Below the pieces are notes generated by a model. That model saw only the letters and a list, made by a program, of their open reading frames with translations, was not told where the DNA came from and did no database searches. Below, in pieces: positions 40,140-53,846 of a stretch of DNA of 64,000 nt (the stretch's first letter is position 1; every line of letters begins with the position of its first letter). Source of the DNA: Eledone cirrhosa (taxonomy: Eukaryota); contig OZ024740.1 in NCBI GenBank assembly GCA_964016885.1, positions 79,236,001 through 79,300,000 of the forward strand, read 5' to 3'. Made by a program: the position numbers and the translations under genes.

Positions 40140-40712
40140 ATAAACATATTATATCAACTATATTTTATAAACAGAAGTTATACAATGGTGGAGGGGAAGG
40201 ATAAAAACAAAATTAAGTAATGAAAAGAGGAGGAAGGGGTAAGAAGGGCAGATCTGGCTGTATAGGAAAGTAGAGGAAAGGAATATAAATGACATAAATG
40301 AAAGGAAAAGGAGGGAAAAAGCAAGGACTATTAGGCCACGGAAGAAAGGAAAGGGAAGAAGGAAGAGGGTGATGGGCTCTCTGCCTGAGGCAGGGCAGTT
40401 TTTCGGCTGCGCCCCACGGTCACAACTTCAAAGGCATTTCCGCGGACAATGGCCAGTGATACCCGCTGCAACAGCCACCCCACCCCGCGGGGCTCCCTCT
40501 TCAGACAGGCTGTTGACGATCCGATTTTACGGAGGATTTCGGCAGTACGGGGTCCGAAGACACCCGAGGTCTCAACATCAACCGGTGCGAAGAGGAAGGG
40601 GTCGGGCAAGCTCCGGTATTTGCTTGTCTTCCTTTCCTCTACATTGCGGGCCACAGTACCGGGGTTTGTGGCCGAAGCGACAAAGTTGGAGGCGGTGAAC
40701 GTGTCATTAAAC
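40140..40712 (-). mobile_element. CRE-clade LINE 3' fragment
   Basis: DTF...EERKTSKYRSL..FAPVDVETSGVFGP...WLLQRVSLAIVRGNA, then 3' UTR. Confidence 0.8.
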
Positions 40713-40726
40713 ATCAGATAATAATG

Positions 40727-41030
40727 ATTTCTTTATTAGCCACACAGGGCTCACATTAAGGAAACATTAAAGACGATACAGGATGATACAGTGTGGGGTT
40801 TTCTTTGTGTAAAATAAAATTTATAAAAGAGACAAAGAAAATAAACATTTAAAACAAACATGACAACTTCCCCAAAGTTGAGGAGACTTTAAGGGTCAGT
40901 CGTGGGTCAGTCGTGTAGAAATCCCACAGTCACCCTGTCGTTCTACTCTAATCTACAGGTGTATGCTTCAGGCTGGCCCATTCACACGGACCATGCTCGC
41001 CACTCTAATCCACCTTTCAACAAACACCAG
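40727..41030 (-). mobile_element. Tx1 3' tip
   Basis: ORF2 end (ERWIRVASMVRVNGPA) and terminal CCCTGTGTGGCTAATAAAGAAAT. Confidence 0.75.
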
Positions 41031-41591
41031 ATTAATAATGACAAAGTTAATTTTATTACTAAATCACACCAAATTCTTGATAATTCTCCTCCCATTTATG
41101 GCATTTATAGCCCTTTCACTTACTTTCTTATTGGCCCTTCTTTACCCCCCACATCTGCCCTTCTTACCCCTCCCACCTCAGTTCATTGCTTGGTTTTGTT
41201 TCTATCCACTATTTTTCTAGCTTCTTATTCTTTCATATCTCCATCAATATTTGTAATGTTATTTATACAACTGTGAATTGATTTATTGTCTGTAATTCTA
41301 TTTTATAACACGGAATAAAATTAATCTGTGTTTTTATATTTAGTAAAATAACTAGCTTTCTCATTATTAAGCTGGTATTTATAAAATTATAATGGAAAGT
41401 TTTTAAATAGTGTCATGGTTTTCTTCCTTCCGAACACTTTTTGGGGTCTCGGGATACGACACTCTCAAGAATGAGTGGGCGAAGAAGAAGAAGAAGAAGA
41501 AGAAGAAGAAGAAGAAGAAGAAGAAGAAGAAGAAGAAGAAAACGAAAAAGTTTTAAAATAAATTTAGACACTTTAAAAATTTGTGTGTGTG

Positions 41592-41648
<57 letters not shown>

Positions 41649-41878
41649 GAATAATCGAGTATCGGAAAATCAGCTCACGAATTTACGATAAACAAATCCG
41701 ACATGAGTGGCAGAGGGCTCAAGGCTCAATAATTCAGATAAACCAGAGCTATAACTATCGTTAAAATACCAACACACAAAGATTATGCCTAAAATCACCC
41801 ATGCAGCCGAAAAAGAACGACCAGGAAGATTCGGGTCACTCAGATAAAATATCAATAAATCAATAATTTATATGAATG

Positions 41879-41922
<44 letters not shown>

Positions 41923-42269
41923 ATTTTCCAAATATATATAGACACTTTAAACTATTGTCATTATTGAACTACCATTTGTTTCAGGCAGTTTAGTAAAGAA
42001 AAAGAAAATATAATTTGAAAATGATTTAAAAATCAGAGGCAGTGTCTTTTAAACAGTAACCTTATCCTTCCATGTCCCTCCATGTTCCATGTTCTGCAAG
42101 TGTCTGACATAAATGTTGGGAGCTTTATAAATGCATAACCTGAATTCTCTTCAAGATTCAGGGTTACATCTGTTTCTGTTATTTTCTAATGAAACTTGAT
42201 ACCGAACCAAACGGAAATAGCTGAATATATACAGCATATATTTTTTTATAGAGAGAGAAACTAGCTGCG

Positions 42270-42397
42270 TGGTGTTGGTGGTGGTGGTGAGGGCGGCGGT
42301 ATGATGGTGGGGGTGGTGTTGTTGTTGTTGTTGTTTGTGGTGGTGGTGGTGGTGGTGGTGGTGAGGACGGCGGTATGATGGTGGGGTGGTGTTGTTG

Positions 42398-42431
<34 letters not shown>

Positions 42432-42632
42432 TGGCAGCAGTTGTGGTGGTGGTGGTGGTGGTGGTGGCGACGGCGGCGGCGGCGGTTGTGTTGGAGGATG
42501 GTGGTGGCAGCTGTGGTGGTGGAAGCTGTGGTGGTGGCAGGGCGGTGGTGATGGTGGTGGTGTTTGTGGTGGTGGTGGTGGTAGTGGTGGTGACGGCGGC
42601 GGGGATTGCGACAGCGGTGATAGTGGTGGATG
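42270..42632. repeat. (GGT)/(GTT)/(GGC) low-complexity tract
   Basis: Seen directly. Confidence 0.9.
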
Positions 42633-43008
42633 ATATCGAATATTAAGTAAAGTTCTCAACATTTGGTTATGGAACCATACAGAGGCAATGTTCAATGGCA
42701 GTCATATTTAGGAGTATTTGATGAGTCAAAGAATGTATTTGAAGTTTGACAGTGTGTGAGAAAGTCTTGTGCACAGAACATTAACAAATTAACTCGAAAT
42801 AATTATCTAGTGAGGTAAGAATGAAGACAATTACATGGAGTCATAGATATGAATCTGATGGAGTTTAACTATAAAAAATCTTTTTTTCTAATGCCTATAA
42901 TATGTTGTTTTATTGTTGAGTTTATTTTAGCCGAAAATACTTGTGGCATTACCATAATCATATTATTTTAATAGACTTAAATATGTGTGTGAGTGTTTGC
43001 GTCTAAAT

Positions 43009-43105
<97 letters not shown>

Positions 43106-43125
43106 TACATATATATATATATATA

Positions 43126-43655
43126 TATGAAGTTTGTCCCAAGTGTAAAGGAACTGATTTTCCTATGTACGACATGGTAAGGTAAGGAAGCACATTGTTT
43201 ATGTATATAGACATATTGGTTATGACGTTGGCTGCACGTATACACTTGTTTCAACATGATCGATTGAGTCAGTCGTGAGTTACTGCTGTTTGTTTACAGG
43301 CGTGTTTATAACCTCTGTTATGTTTGCAATGCAGGAAAATATTGGATAACGGTACTCTAGCAAATTTTATATGCAACTCAACAAATCTGCCACCGAACCA
43401 TTTAAGTCTTTAACACAAGTTTGTGGAGATTCCACTCCATCGAGAAATAAGGTTTTTAAGTGGCACAAAACTTTCAAAGAGGACTGAGAAAATGTTGAAG
43501 ACCAACCTCGTTCTGGAAGACCAATCTCATCAACAAATGAACAAAATATGGAAGTGGTGCCAGCGATGATGGCAAAAGATCACCGATTAGGATGATTGCA
43601 GAAGAAACGGACTTGAATAAAATTGCAGTTCACAGAATTTTAATAGACCATTTGG
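43126..43655 (+). mobile_element. mariner (Tc1/mariner) 5' relic
   Basis: From ATG 43329: ..LNKSATEPFKSL..VFKWHKTFKED*ENVEDQPRSGRP, the mariner HTH region with the RSGRP linker; starts in a TA run. Confidence 0.85.
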
Positions 43656-43759
43656 CCAAGAATGTAGGAGTTGTTTCCCTGGCTTACCTCCCAATAACTG
43701 TACACCTTTAAATGGAGTTTCAGTCATGAAATTTATATGCATACAGTTTGTGCAGAAGC

Positions 43760-46198
43760 ACGATTAGTCGATGAAATGGACCCAAGTACTTGACTGGTAC
43801 TTTATTTTATCGACCTCGGAAGGATGGAAGGCAAAGTTGAATGCGGCGAGATTTGAACTCAGATCGTAAAGTATATTATCTAACGTTTTACCGATGATGG
43901 TGATAATAATAATGGTTTCCGATTTAGGCACAAGGCCAGCAATTTTGGGGGGAAGGGGAAAGTCGATTAAATTGTCCGCAGTGCGTTACTGGTACTTTAT
44001 TTTATTGACCCCGAAAGGATAAAAGGCTAAACTAACCGCAGCGGGATTTGATCTCAGAACGCAAAGGGCCGTTACTCAATGCCGCAAAGCATGTTGTCCG
44101 ACGCACTACCACCCTTTGGAGTATCTTTTATTTGAACACAGGCATCAGAAGGAAAAGACGATACAAAGACAGGTTGCAACATTAAAGTGGGGTTTTACAT
44201 ATACATGAGAAAAAGAGAATAACATGTGTATATAGTATAGAAGTTGGGTTACATAATTACATAGTATATATAAAGCTTTCAGTCCTCCTATTATAGAGAG
44301 CTGAATACCTAAGGTTAATAAAGGAACCCTACTGATCTACAATCGTTTTGACCACAAAGGTCGTGTTCCCCCTCCAACCTGTCGTTGTTCCACCTAAAGG
44401 CACCAGCCGGGAGTAGTCACATTCGCTCTTACCATTTTCGCTACTTTCACCTATCTTAATAATAATTATAATACGTGAAGTTGTATATCTGGTGACATAC
44501 GGTATGTTTATAAATAAACATTTTGAAAGCCTACCGCTATGAATTTGAAAACTGACAGCAGAGCGCCATCTAGTGTGTTCCAACAGAAGCTAAGCACGGG
44601 CAACCAGTGATAATGACGTCATCATTTCATTTCTAACTTTGGTCGTTATCAAACTGGTACTGTGTTTATTTATAAACATAGAGTATGTCGCCAGATATAT
44701 AACTTCACGTATTTCATATACAAAGCTATGTTAGAGTTAATGCCCTAATTATAATATCTTTAAATTTAGGCACAGGTCCAGCAATTTGTGGGGAGAGGGG
44801 AAAATCGATTAAACCAACCTCAGTATTTGATTGGTGCTTTAGTTTATCAATCCCAGAAGGATGATAGGCAAAGTTGACAGCAATGAGATTTGAACTTAAA
44901 TCGTAAAAATCCGGAACAAATGTCTGACGCTCTAACGATTCTGCTAATCCACCATCTTAATTATAATAACAACAACAACTATAATTGTTTCTACTTTGGG
45001 CACAAGGCCAGCAATTATCCCTCTGCGTTACTGTTACTTTATTTTATCAACCTCGTAAGGATGAAAGGCAAAGTTAACCTCGGCGGGATTTGAACCCAGA
45101 TCGTAAAGGGCCGTAACTCTATGCTGCAGAGCATGGCGTCCGACCATCCATCGATACTGCCAATCCACCGGGATTTCTTTTATTTGCCACACGGGTATCA
45201 ACTGGTAGGGATGATACAGAGACTGGTTACATTAAGGTATGGGTTTACATAGAAATGAGAGGGAAATAATTGTTTCTACTTTAGGCACAAGGCCAGCAAT
45301 TTGAAGGGGAGGGGAAAGTCGATTAAATCGACCCCAGTACGTTACTGGTGTTTTATTTTATCGACTCCGTAAGAATGAAAGGCAAAACTAACCCCGGCGG
45401 GATTTGAACTCAGAACGCAAAGAGCCATGACTCTATGCTGCAAAGTCTGGTGTCCGACGCTCTACCGATACTGCCAATCCACCGCCCTTAAGAGGGAAAT
45501 AATTGTCTCTACTTTTGGCATAAGGCCAGCAATTACCCAGTACATTACTGGTACTTTATTTTATCGACTCCGTAAGGATGAAAGGCAAAGTTAACCTCGG
45601 CGGGATTTGAACTCAGAATGGCAAGGGCCCTAACTCTATGCGTCAAAGCATGACGGCCGATCCTCTACCGATACTGTTAATCCAGCGGAAATAATTGTTT
45701 CTACTTTTGGCACAAGGCCAGCAATTACTCAGTACATTACTGGTACTTTATTTTATCGACCCAGTAAGTATGAAAGGCAAAGTTAACCACGACGGGATTT
45801 GAACTCAGACCGTAAAGGGACGTAACTATGCTGGAAAGCATGGCGTCCGACTCTCTACCGATACTGCCAATTCACCGCAATAATAATGGTTTGTTATATA
45901 GGCACAAGGCTAGTAATTTGGGAGAGGGGTAAGTCGATTAAATCGACACCAGTGCATTACCCCGTAAGTGCAATCGACCTCGTAAGGATGAAAAACGAAG
46001 CTAACCTCGGTGGGATTTGAACTCATAACGTAAAGGGCCGTAACTCTATGCTGCAAAGCATGGTGTCCGACCCTCTACTGATACTGCCAACCCACCACCC
46101 TTTAGTTATTATCCTTACGGGGTCGATAAAATAAAGTACCAGTAATGCACTGGGTAATTGCTGGCCTTGTGCCTAACGTAGAAACAATTATTATTATT
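43760..46198 (-). mobile_element. Cluster of ~9 SINEs (8 minus, last one plus) interleaved with Tx1 3' tips and a MITE
   Basis: Repeated head/core/tail units; TSD-like AGAGGGAAATAATTGT at ~45258 and ~45491. Confidence 0.9.
44472..44711. mobile_element. MITE with ~49-bp TIRs and TA ends
   Basis: TACGTGAAGTT...ATAAACA (44472-44520) versus TGTTTAT...AACTTCACGTA (44663-44711). Confidence 0.8.
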
Positions 46199-46708
46199 TC
46201 ATTTACTAGCCACAAGGGCGCCGAATGAGGGGATATTACAAGGACAAATTACATAAAGTGTGCGAGTTTACATAGAAATTGGATGAGGAAATAAATTAAA
46301 TTAATCATGTATACAGTACATAACGATAATTTATTTATTATTGCCACAAGGGTGACATTAATAGGAAAAGCTGTCAATAGAGAAACAAACATATTCGGTT
46401 GACCAAGGAAAATGTGATTCTATCCCCATCACTCTTCTCTGTCACTTTCTCTCAATTAATCATTACTTTGTTTATTTCCATAACAGAGAAGGTTACCTCA
46501 CTGTTGTTATGTCATTAGAATTCATTAAAAACTTTACTACACATACAGACTGATAAATTATTCCTGTTGACATCTTGATTTCAGGCATTCAACTAAATTC
46601 TCTCTAAGGAGTGAACGTTAATGGTAAAGATTTCTTTCAATAAGAAATTAATAGCTCAGTTATATGTGGTGGCATTTATAAATGCCACCACATATACTTG
46701 GACGGTCG

Positions 46709-46757
46709 GCTTCCTGATGATTTCTCCCGAATGAAACAGTTCTAGTCCTGTAGAAGC
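46709..46757 (+). ncRNA. Type-I hammerhead ribozyme
   Basis: GCTTC-CTGATGA-T TTC tccc GAA T-GAA-ACAG ttctagtc CTGT-A|GAAGC; stem I covaries with the copy at 62330-62380. Confidence 0.8.
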
Positions 46758-46766
46758 TTTTCTATA

Positions 46767-46808
<42 letters not shown>

Positions 46809-46919
46809 CAAAGGAATTGTGGTAAGAAACCAGATGGACCATAACGCACCAGAGTACTCAATACTTAAGGTAGTGAGAGAGAAATAGGAAAAAGTATGAC
46901 CCCCGAGGTCATACTTTTT

Positions 46920-46953
<34 letters not shown>

Positions 46954-47221
46954 CATATGTGGTTGACGGCTGAAAGAAAGGAGTACTCAATACCAACGTA
47001 GAGTTTTGAATATTCAATATTATTAAGGCTAAAGAGTGATTCTTGTCTGGAGTTTCACCTGTTTATCACAGGGTCATCAGACCCAATAATAAACAGGTAA
47101 AACTCCAGAGTAACAAGAATATAAAATGAAGATCTACGAATAAAACTGTCTCTCTTATTTATTATACTAAAACTCCGAACGATACCTTACGGAGAAAATC
47201 CTAAGGAATGGAAATCGGAGA

Positions 47222-48845
47222 GCGGTGTTTTTCAACGAGGGCCCTTGGACCCCCCTGGTAGTCATATGAACATTTTTTTTTGGGGGGGGGGGGGGCATAT
47301 GAAATGTTGAGTGGCCATATGATGTTATTGGAGCATTTGAAGCAATAAGGTGTATTCTTAATTTTGAGCGAAAGTTTGCTGATCTGTGTGAAATAAGTGA
47401 TTTCAAGACATGTGGTTTTTGCTGAGAAACTTGCTGACGTACGGGAGTATGCATGCTTTCTGTCTGCATATCCAGCCACAATGCGTGACCTTGACCGTAA
47501 CGTCGGGAAAATTTCCGGCCAATATGTAACGTCAACCTGTGGCTGCAGCGCATGAATAACGACAGGCCTGCTTAGACAGTTGCTATTGTGTCATTATTAA
47601 CGCATCGCATTTCACACATATAACGATCGTCCATAACAGTGGAGACATTTAACAACTGATTGCTGACAACTATCTTACCTATGGCATCGATTAAGAAGAA
47701 AGTACGCCATATAGCAACGATTATTTGAAATTCAGTTTCATTGAGGCACCTCATGATTCTCGATTGCCTATGTGTCTTCTCTGTCATCAGACACTGAGCA
47801 ACGACTCCATGCGCCATGGGCGACTCTTACAACACTTCAATGCGAAGCATGGAAATAAGTCATCAAAGCTGCTTTCATTCTTCCAAGATCTTCAAAAGAA
47901 AGTTTGCTGCCAGTCTACACTATCTCAATGTTTTTCTAAAGTAGCCGAAAAGCAGTATAAATAATTAATAGCGAGCTACGAACTTTCAAAATTGATTGCC
48001 AAGTGTGGAAAACCCAATACGATAGGTGAGCAGTTAATTAAACCAGCCATTTCTGTGTTTTTACAAACTGTTATGAATCACATAGACGACTCAGTGGTCC
48101 AGCTTATGCCGCTCAGCAATGACATAGTACGGTGACGAATTGATGAGATGTCCATTGATGTGGAACAGCAGCTTCACAAATATATTCGATGATTCAACCT
48201 TTTGTGGAAGCTGGACTGTACTTCTGGCATATGTCAGATTCCAAGACGATGATGCTTTTCGAGAGGAAATGCTTTTTTGTCGTGCCTTTGAAACTACAAC
48301 GACAGCTTCCGATATATACGACCTTGTGGTGTCATACTTATCAGAAAACAAGATTCCTATTACATCTGTTACATCATGTGCAGCAGACGGCGCACCCGGA
48401 TTCCTTAAGCGACTTAAAGATGATAACCCATCAATTTTGACAGTACACTGCGTCTTTCATCGGGAAAACATGGCTTCCAGATATCTTTCACCAGAATTAC
48501 AGGAAGTAGTGCATGCTGTTGTGTTGTACGTAAATTTAATCAAGGCGAATCCCAAGATTGATCGTCTTTTTCAGAAATACTGCAAGGACATCGACAAACA
48601 TGTCAATCTTATCCTACATATTGACATCAGATGGTTGTCAAAGGGAAATTGTTTTGCCTGCTTTTTCGAATTATTTGATGAAGTTATAAAGTTTTTACCC
48701 GAGAGTTCCCACACAACCATCCTTCAAAGAGCTGACGGGAAATTATTAGTCACTCATTTGGCTGACATTTTTCAAAAACTCAATTTATTGAACAAGGAAT
48801 TGCAGGGGGACAAGGTGACCATGATCGTGGCGAAAACCAAAATAC
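47222..48845 (+). mobile_element. hAT (Buster/Charlie-type) transposon relic, 3' truncated
   Basis: ATG 47681; BED-like finger PMCLLC..LSNDSMR..RLLQHFNAKH; DGAP, HCVFHRE, RWLSKG; TIR-like left end GTTTTTCAAC..GGACCCC. Confidence 0.88.
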
Positions 48846-48949
48846 CACATATATGTGTGTATCCCTTTCCTTCCTTTTACACATACATACATTCACACAA
48901 ACACACATACACATTGCGTGATGGACAGGTGGACAGAAGTCCCTCAAAT

Positions 48950-49600
48950 TTATATACATGTGAATGGAGTTCTACTGAAGCAGCTAGAGAAGTTCAAGTA
49001 TCTCGGAGCCGTGTTCATGAGTGATGGAATGCAGGAGGCTGAATTAAATGCAAGAATTGCAAAAGCTGATGCAGTAATGCGCCATCCTCAGCATTCAGCA
49101 ATCAGAAGAAAGGGGTAGGTGTAAAAGCCAAACTCGCTGTCTTCCTGGTATTCCTGCCACCTCTTACCGAGGATCCTGAATCTTGAGTAATGACCAAAAG
49201 AATACAATTGCAAATAAAAGTGACAGAAAGCGGATTCCCCCGAAGGGTCTTTGGAGTAACTTTACTCGATAAAGTGCATAGCTCAGAGACCAGAGAGTCA
49301 CTCCTGGCAGAGCCGCTACTTCTCCGAATTGAGAGATCACAACCCCGATATTATGAACACGTGGTTAGAATGTCTCAGTAAAGAATCGCTGGACACATTT
49401 TACAGGCAAAACCAACCGGTAAGAGACCCAGGGGTAGACCCTCAGCAAGATAGTTGGATAATATCCATGAGATTGGCTGGTCACGCTTTGGGATCCAGCT
49501 GGATCAGTTAGAGATGTTTGCTACTGACAGACTCGGTGGAAGGAGTGTTTGAGAAGGACTCTGCTGCCATGACCCTCTCAGAAATAAATTGGTGAAGAAG
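48950..49600 (+). mobile_element. RTE-clade LINE 3' fragment
   Basis: VNGVLLKQLEKFKYLG..ELNARIAKA...KPTGKRPRGRP; ends GAAGAAG. Confidence 0.85.
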
Positions 49601-50269
49601 ATATTGTCAATTTACTTTTCAATTTACATATATCTATATGCATATATCTTTGCGTATAATACCAATATGCACACTACATACGCTAGCAGAAAACTGCCCC
49701 TCGGGCGGTTTTTCTCTAGTGTAAGTAATAGTATGTGTTTGTTTATTCTCCTCCATGTGTATAGATAAGTATGTTTCGGGCTTTCAGACATCTTCTATAC
49801 AGATCTGTAAAACGTCTAAATTCATAATCTATTGAATTCAAAGAAGCATTATATTTCAACAAGAAAGCCATTTTAAGAGAAAATCCAATATTTGTGTGTA
49901 ATTATATTATGTATACCATGGTCGAAACTGTATATAGATAGAAGAATTTCTTTCGTCTTCAAAGTAGTCCATTCTCAGTTTATTTCTTATTCTTTCTTCT
50001 CTTTGATGTCTTGGTCAAGATTAAATCCATTTTCCGACTGCTTCAACCGAAGTTTACAGTTGGTTACGACTTCATTTCCATCATAGCCTCCATTGGTAAA
50101 AGAACGTTTCAAAATCTTACTTCAAAATGATATTCTCGTTCTCTTTAATATCGAGTAGAATTATGTCAAACATCAATAAATAGTAATATCAAAACCGTAA
50201 AAATATTATTAAAGTATTATATATGGTGCACATTGCTATATGGCATTATGCCAAGCTCCTCCGTAAAAT

Positions 50270-50706
50270 CGTCAGCAGCCTGTATGAGGAATGAGCCCTG
50301 CGAGTTGGGGTGGCTGTTGCAGCGGGTGTCGCGGAAATACCTTTGAAGTTTTGTCTGCGGAGTACAGCCCTAACACTGCCCCGCCACAGCCATAGTGTAT
50401 ATCACCCTCTCCCCTTCCTCTTCCTTTCTTCCGCGGCCTCATAGTCCTGGCTTATCCCTCCTTTTCCTCACATTTATGGCATTTGTAGTCCTTTCTCCTA
50501 CTTTCCTATACAGTCAGACTTACCCTTCTTTACCCACCCCCTCACCCCTCTTTTCGTTGGTTGGTTTCGTTTTTATCCTTTTTTTTTTTCTTTTTCTTTC
50601 ATATCTCCATCAATCTTTCCAATGCTACTATTTATACAAGTGTGAATTGATTTGTCTGTAATTCAATTTATTATTACATTTTAAAATATCTAATAAAAAA
50701 AAAAAA
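50270..50706 (+). mobile_element. CRE-clade LINE 3' fragment
   Basis: GWLLQRVS motif; 3' UTR shared with 40140-40330 and 41085-41320; poly(A)-like end. Confidence 0.7.
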
Positions 50707-51945
50707 TACAGACATTAACTAACGTATTATCTCATAGATTAAAAGTGATTGAAAATTGGGCATGAGGAAAACCTTTGAAAATATCACGGAGAGAACATAA
50801 AACCAATAAGGAAGTAGTAAAATGATAAAACTAAGAAGTAAAAGTTTTATCAAACACCATGAAAGAAAGAAAACTAAATAATTCTAGATATTCAATTAGA
50901 AAAATAAAATGGTTTACAGGGAGTATTAGTAGAAAGCAAAATGTGTAGGAGGGGAAAACCAAGAATTGTGTGGATGGATAATATCAAGCATTGGTTTATA
51001 GATTTAAAATGCAATGAATATTAAAGGGACGTCATAGAATAGACCCAAATAGTGATCCCTGGTATTAAACCTGCTGAAATAAAATAATATCTGGTGATAA
51101 TAAGAAGACATTTTAAGGATTTATTACAGGATGATAGAACACTAAGGAGGAGGAAAAAGAGGACAAGGAATTGTCCCCCTTTCTTAATTATACATACTCT
51201 CGGGTCTCGACTAATCGTCCCACCCCGCTTATCAAATTTTACTAATCTATCTTCGGCAGAATTTTATTTTAAGTGGTAGCATTCTTGCGACAATTAATTT
51301 TCTTTATACATTAAAAAACATTTTACATGACCAAAAACGAACATTACAAGAAATCCCATACGTTATAAAATAATTAGGATGGGTTGAGGTCTCAATATGT
51401 AAACTAAACCACTAATTCTGGTTTTAAAAAAAATCAGTGACTTGATGTTCCAGTCAAGTACTTGGATTGATTTAATCATATTTTCTCTTCCACAGAAATG
51501 TTGCTGGTCTGTTGCCTAAATTAGAAATCAATATTATAAAATCAGGAGACAACAAAGTGTTTAATTCTTTTCATACCAAACCGTCTGAAACGACTCTTGA
51601 TTCTATAATACTAAACATTTTGCTTCAAAGTGTTAATATTTATCTAAAAAAACTTCCGTTATCATTTTATGTAAGAAAATAATGGACAAGTTATTTTACT
51701 GAATCCAGCCAAATTATTGATTATTTTCAAAATGATTTGAAAATCATACGCAATCTCTCTTTTTTTTTTTTTTTTTTTCATTAAAAATATGGCAACGAAA
51801 CGGTTAATCTCAATAATTTATTCCTCACCAGCTTTATACAGGTTTGACCCTCTGAAGCTTCTTCAGTATAAGTCTATGTAACGTAACGTTTAAATTAGTA
51901 GAAAGTGTACATCTCCTTCATTTCTACATCAGAGAAGGTGTACAT

Positions 51946-52346
51946 CTTCTTCTTCTTCTTCTTCTTCTTCTTCTTCTTCTTCTTCTTCTTCTTCTTCTTC
52001 TTCTTCTTCTTCTTCTTCTTCTTCTTCATGGGGTCAATTTCCTTAAGTGGCTCCTTCCAGTTGGTCCTGTCAAAAGCAAAATTCTCTAATTGATTCAATT
52101 GATCCGACTGAATCCCCAAACGAGACTAGCCAAGCTCATGGATATTATCCAACTATATTGCTCGGGATCTACCCTTAGGTTTCTTGCCGGTGGAGTTTTT
52201 ATCCGTAACATCTATCAAGCGATTATTTCTTTAGATATTCTAACTACATGTCCTTAATATCGGAGCTGTAATGTCTGAATTTAGAGAAATAGCAGCTCTA
52301 TCTGGAACGACTCTGATATCCGAGCTACGCATTCTACTGAGGAGGT
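51946..52346 (-). mobile_element. RTE 3' fragment with long (GAA)n tail and 10-bp TSD
   Basis: Homologous to 49270-49570; AGGTGTACAT at 51936-51945 and 52347-52356. Confidence 0.8.
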
Positions 52347-52639
52347 AGGTGTACATATGAAGAGAAATGGCATTTCCAGAAAACGTTTTATAGTCTGTTC
52401 ATAGTCTTTCTGTTGTATATATCATGTACAAAGGTCTGTATAGCTGGTAAAAGGAATAAATCAGGCGAACAACAGTTTAAAATAAATAAAAAGCGAAAGA
52501 ATTTCTTTTTCTTTTGCCTTGAAGGCAGAACAGTCTTGATTTCTTTTTCAATTTCTTCTCTTCAGGATTAAATCCATTTTATAACTGTGGCAAACTCCAG
52601 TTTACAGCAGGTGCCGATTTTTGTGTGTGTATGTATGTA

Positions 52640-52727
<88 letters not shown>

Positions 52728-53364
52728 ATGATATTGTGTGTGTGTGTGTGTTTATATCTATATCTATCTGTATGTCGTACTGCCTCTCTGTTCTGTCCCT
52801 GTTCAATTTTTTTATTATATATATATATATATATATATATACCTACACACACATATCTATATATACATATTTGTATTTATATATGTGAGAGTATGCATGC
52901 GTATATGTATATATATACATATACGCATGCATACTCTCACATATATAAATACAAATATGGTCACTCTCACATATATAAATACAAATATGGTCCACATACA
53001 TGAACACACACATACACACACACACACACACGCACGCACAAACACATACAAACACATACATACATGCATACTGATACCCGGTAAGGGAGTTAGATGAAAA
53101 AATAACAACAAAAGATAAAGAAGGGATGAGGCTGGAACAAGATCTCTGTGAGAACTGGGATGGTAAATTCCTTTGGGAACGAACAAACAAATAGACTTCA
53201 GTTTCTGGTAATTTCTATAATGTAAACAATATGGCACAATATATCAAATTTGCTGCTTTCACTGTTAACATAACAACCGTCTATTGTGTATACATATATA
53301 CATATGTAGGTATGTGTGCCACTCTGTGTATGTGAGTCTCTATACACAATCACATCCGCACGGG

Positions 53365-53556
53365 CATTATGGTGGATTGGCAGTATCGGTAGAGGATCGG
53401 ACACCATGCTTTGACGCATAGAGTTACGGCCCTTGCCATTCTGAGTTCAAATCCCACCGAGGTTAACTTTGCCTTTCATCCTTACGTGGTCGATAAAATA
53501 AAGTACCAGTAATGCACTGGGATAATTGCTGGCCTTGTGCCAAAAGTAGAAACAAC
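53365..53556 (+). mobile_element. SINE, full length
   Basis: A box, B box, core and tail. Confidence 0.9.
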
Positions 53557-53581
53557 TATATATAATATATATATGTATATA

Positions 53582-53846
53582 TATATTAATAAGAGGAATT
53601 TCAGCTTTGTCTGATTTACTCGTTTTATTTACAATCCTTTAAAATATATAATGGTATTATAATGAAATAGTATGGTAGAATATTAAATTCTAAGTGTTAA
53701 TTGACACTTAGAATTTAACTTGTTCAATTAACACTTAGAATTTAATATTCTACCATACTATTTCATTATAATACCATTATATATTTTAAAGGATTGTAAA
53801 TAAAACGAGTAAATCAGACAAAGCTGAAATTCCTCTTATTAATATA
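53582..53846. repeat. Near-perfect palindrome, 123-bp arms, 19-nt spacer
   Basis: 53582-53704 versus 53724-53846; same family as 63000-63195. Confidence 0.95.

Noticed and set aside
42261-42695. Proline-rich 144-aa ORF
   Set aside because: Product of trinucleotide low-complexity sequence.
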